A program made the position numbers and the translations under genes. This document shows, piece by piece, positions 37,988 to 40,446 of a stretch of DNA of 40,446 nt. The first letter of the stretch is position 1. Every line of letters starts with the position of its first letter. This DNA is from an uncultured Sphingomonadales bacterium (GTDB taxonomy: Bacteria; Pseudomonadota; Alphaproteobacteria; Sphingomonadales; CAKZYD01): positions 1-40,446 of the forward strand of contig CAKZYD010000399.1 in assembly GCA_937884085.1 (NCBI GenBank), in the 5' to 3' direction. The notes beneath the pieces were generated by a model that was not told where the DNA came from, did no database searches, and saw nothing but the letters and a program-made list of their open reading frames with translations.

Positions 37988-38061
37988 GTTGAGCAGGCGA
38001 GACCGCTGCAGCCAGAGCGCTAACATACCAATACAACTAGTTTTTAGCTTTTTGGTCTAAT

Positions 38062-38077
38062 TGGCACGCTACTTGCT
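38062..38077 (+). promoter_or_regulatory. Sigma-54 (-24/-12) promoter
   Basis: TGGCACG-CTAC-TTGCT, exact match to TGGCACG-N4-TTGCW, ~40 bp before the PEP-CTERM ATG. Confidence 0.85.
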
Positions 38078-38118
38078 AGCACTGCACACACATAAAAGTG
38101 TTAAGTGGAGTTCAGCTC

Positions 38119-38757
38119 ATGAAAGCTATTTTGCCTGTCGCCGTTGCCGTTTTGAGTTTCTGTTCCGCCCTTAGTGCGCATGCTGTCCCCACGCCGCTGC
38201 AACAAGCTGGCTTTGCCAAAATGGATCAAGCTGGAGGAACACTCGGCAAAGACGTAGGGTTTAATGGTGCGACCACAAACGATTATACTTGGCTGCCCGG
38301 CGAAACGTTGAACTGGGACTATAGCTATGACGGTACAATGCTCAGTTTCACTTGGGCCGGCGTGACCGTCGAACAAACGATCGCGATATCTGATCCGGTT
38401 GTGGGTTTTACTGGTTATGTCCGCAATACCTTTAAAGACAATCTGCCAAGCGACTTAAGTTTGACGGTTGATATTGATCCAGTGGGTGGCACTGACCTGG
38501 CCCCAATCACTGCAAATCTAGGGGATGGTTTCATCAATTTTTCCATCAATGAGATGGTCGGTAGCACATGGAGCGTCTCCGGGACTGCGCAAGCAAACTG
38601 GACTGGGCCGCTTGCAACAAGCCCTAACTCGCGCTTTGCATTTCAAATTGATGCACTCATCGATCCAGACCCAATCGATGTCAGTGAGCCTGCTACTGTC
38701 GCGCTGCTTGGCCTGGGCCTAGTTGGTTTGGGTGTAGCAGCCCGTCGCCGTCGCTGA
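38119..38757 (+). CDS. PEP-CTERM sorting-domain surface protein
   Basis: Signal peptide ending AHA-V; Thr/Ser/Gly/Asp-rich beta body; C-terminal VSEPATVALLGLGLVGLGVAARRRR; RBS GGAG before ATG 38119. Confidence 0.9.
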   Translation: MKAILPVAVAVLSFCSALSAHAVPTPLQQAGFAKMDQAGGTLGKDVGFNGATTNDYTWLPGETLNWDYSYDGTMLSFTWAGVTVEQTIAISDPVVGFTGYVRNTFKDNLPSDLSLTVDIDPVGGTDLAPITANLGDGFINFSINEMVGSTWSVSGTAQANWTGPLATSPNSRFAFQIDALIDPDPIDVSEPATVALLGLGLVGLGVAARRRR

Positions 38758-38765
38758 CCCAACCC

Positions 38766-39212
38766 TTATCGCTTGACTTGCGCCTCTGTCGTCAAGCTTG
38801 AGCTATCTGCAAACTCGGCGGTGAGCGTAATCTGACCGTCGTCAACGGCGACTTCAGCGATATCGAACAGCATCAGATGACGGCCACCTGGCTCGAAGGT
38901 CAGCGTGCCGTCGCTGTCAATCAGAAGGGCGTCGACCTTTTTCATGCGCATGGCGCCGCCTTGGTCTTCCATGATATGAAGTTCAATGCGCCCAACTTCT
39001 GCGGATGTCACTTGCGTCAGCGCCAGGCTTGCAGGGCCTTTAATAACGCCATAGCCACCTGCAGGCCGACCCGGCGCTGGATTGAGGCGGACGGTGAAAT
39101 TTTCCGCCGACAAAACGGCAGTCCCTGCGGGCGCTGCAGCCTCTTCGCTGCATGCCGAAACGAGCGCTAGGCCAATAATCGCAGCTGACTTTGCCAAATT
39201 TAGAACTTTCAT
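38766..39212 (-). CDS. Copper chaperone PCu(A)C family lipoprotein
   Basis: Lipobox VSAC; IELHIMEDQGGAMRM...FEPGGRHLML (H-x10-M...H-x-M ligands); start ATG 39212 after AAGGA. Confidence 0.92.
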   Translation of the reverse strand: MKVLNLAKSAAIIGLALVSACSEEAAAPAGTAVLSAENFTVRLNPAPGRPAGGYGVIKGPASLALTQVTSAEVGRIELHIMEDQGGAMRMKKVDALLIDSDGTLTFEPGGRHLMLFDIAEVAVDDGQITLTAEFADSSSLTTEAQVKR

Positions 39213-39252
39213 CCGTTTTTCCTTCGTGCCGGCTCTTGTCATGCTCGCGGGG

Positions 39253-39279
39253 TTGTAGTCGCAAATGGCCTCCTTATAT
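39253..39279 (+). promoter_or_regulatory. RpoH (sigma-32) promoter of dnaK
   Basis: TTG-N17-CTTATAT, matching the alphaproteobacterial heat-shock consensus, ~115 bp before the ATG. Confidence 0.7.
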
Positions 39280-39396
39280 AGCCAACATGCCGGTGCACGC
39301 CATGCAAATCACGGTGCTGCGCGCGGAATTCAAGACGGATTGCACGGGGGTGCTTTTGCTGCACCTGCAGGGCTAGAGGAAGAATAGGAATTTGCT

Positions 39397-40446
39397 ATGG
39401 GGAAAGTCATAGGCATCGACCTTGGCACCACCAACAGCTGTGTTGCTTTGATGGATGGCGCCAAACCAAAAGTCATTGAAAACGCTGAAGGCGCACGCAC
39501 GACGCCGTCCATGGTGGCGTTCACAGAAGACGGGGAACGTCTGGTTGGCCAAAGCGCCAAGCGTCAAGCGGTGACCAACCCAAACAACACTCTATTCGCC
39601 ATTAAGCGTTTGATTGGTCGTACCTTTGATGACCCGATGACCAAAAAAGATAAGGATATGGTGCCTTATGACATTGTCCGGGCTGATAATGGCGATGCCT
39701 GGGTAGAAGCTCAGGGCGAGAAATATTCTCCAAGCCAAGTCTCCGCTTTCATCCTACAAAAGATGAAGGAAACTGCTGAAGCGTTCCTTGGCGAGACTGT
39801 TGACCAAGCGGTCATAACCATGCATTATTATTTTAACGATTCGCAGAGTCAGGCAACGAAAGACGCCGGGAAAATCGCTGGCCTTGAAGTCCTGCGGATC
39901 ATCAATGAACCGACCGCTGCAGCGCTCGCTTATGGCCTTGAGAAAAACGACGGCAAGACGATAGCCGTCTATGACCTAGGTGGCGGCACATTTGATGTGT
40001 CGATCCTGGAAATTGGCGACGGTGTGTTTGAAGTGAAGTCCACCAACGGGGACACGTTCCTTGGTGGGGAAGACTTCGACAACCGCATTATTGAGTTTTT
40101 GGCTGACGAGTTCAAAAAGGAAAAGGGCATTGACCTGACGCAGGACAAGCTGGCCCTGCAACGCCTGAAAGAGGCAGCGGAAAAAGCCAAGATCGAGCTG
40201 TCCTCTTCGACGCAAACCGAAGTCAATTTGCCGTTCATCACGGCGGACCAATCCGGCCCGCAACACCTCAACACCAAACTGACCCGCGCTAAGCTGGAGC
40301 AGCTGGTGGAGGACTTGGTTCAGCGCACGCTTGAGCCTTGCAAGAAAGCGCTCAAAGACGCTGGTATTTCCGCGTCCGACATCGATGATGTGGTACTTGT
40401 CGGCGGCATGACCCGCATGCCGAAGATCACGGAAATTGTGAAAGAC
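39397..40446 (+). CDS. dnaK: Chaperone DnaK (Hsp70), truncated by window end
   Basis: Not in the ORF track (no stop); translates [66 protein letters not shown]. Confidence 0.98.
   Translation, partial: MGKVIGIDLGTTNSCVALMDGAKPKVIENAEGARTTPSMVAFTEDGERLVGQSAKRQAVTNPNNTLFAIKRLIGRTFDDPMTKKDKDMVPYDIVRADNGDAWVEAQGEKYSPSQVSAFILQKMKETAEAFLGETVDQAVITMHYYFNDSQSQATKDAGKIAGLEVLRIINEPTAAALAYGLEKNDGKTIAVYDLGGGTFDVSILEIGDGVFEVKSTNGDTFLGGEDFDNRIIEFLADEFKKEKGIDLTQDKLALQRLKEAAEKAKIELSSSTQTEVNLPFITADQSGPQHLNTKLTRAKLEQLVEDLVQRTLEPCKKALKDAGISASDIDDVVLVGGMTRMPKITEIVKD

Noticed and set aside
34494-39396. CIRCE operator near hrcA, grpE or dnaK
   Set aside because: No TTAGCACTC-N9-GAGTGCTAA found by eye; RpoH-type promoters explain these genes
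39285-39396. Structured dnaK leader (GGTGC/GCACC hairpin, several TGCA) as an RNA thermometer
   Set aside because: No clear pairing over the RBS can be shown without folding calculations
1-40446. CRISPR arrays, tRNA/rRNA genes, prophage or IS elements
   Set aside because: No regularly spaced repeats, cloverleaf-like sequences or mobile-element proteins seen; intergenic gaps are short

Overview
About 40 kb of GC-rich alphaproteobacterial chromosome. The backbone is conserved housekeeping genes: trpS-murJ-glnD, mutS/maeB, olsB-like-ampG-comM, gshB-yraN-rsmI/lpoA-like, hemW-rdgB-rph, hrcA-grpE and a partial dnaK. Five accessory blocks sit in it. (1) Between rph and hrcA lies a putative copper-uptake operon led by an apparently leaderless DUF2946/CruR-like ORF with CCGDC and a C-terminal HGPP (RAPP-like ribosome-arrest) motif, followed by a Met/His-rich outer-membrane barrel, a TonB-dependent receptor and a PepSY-TM protein. 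(2) A Rap1a/Tai-like secreted protein and a DUF2975-XRE pair diverge from an almost fully palindromic 68-bp bidirectional promoter. (3) A LolA-like protein and an AMIN-domain/beta-barrel fusion lie between gshB and comM. (4) yceI and a cytochrome b561-YceI fusion lie between glnD and mutS. (5) A PEP-CTERM protein has a consensus sigma-54 promoter and a candidate enhancer. Two 84-bp REP-doublet elements occur, one translated in-frame at the N-terminus of hemW. murJ carries one in-frame TAA, and dnaK and comM show clustered substitutions in invariant motifs; these are most likely base-calling errors. I saw no rRNA, tRNA, CRISPR array, transposase or integrase. Family assignments are from motif recognition, not database searches.
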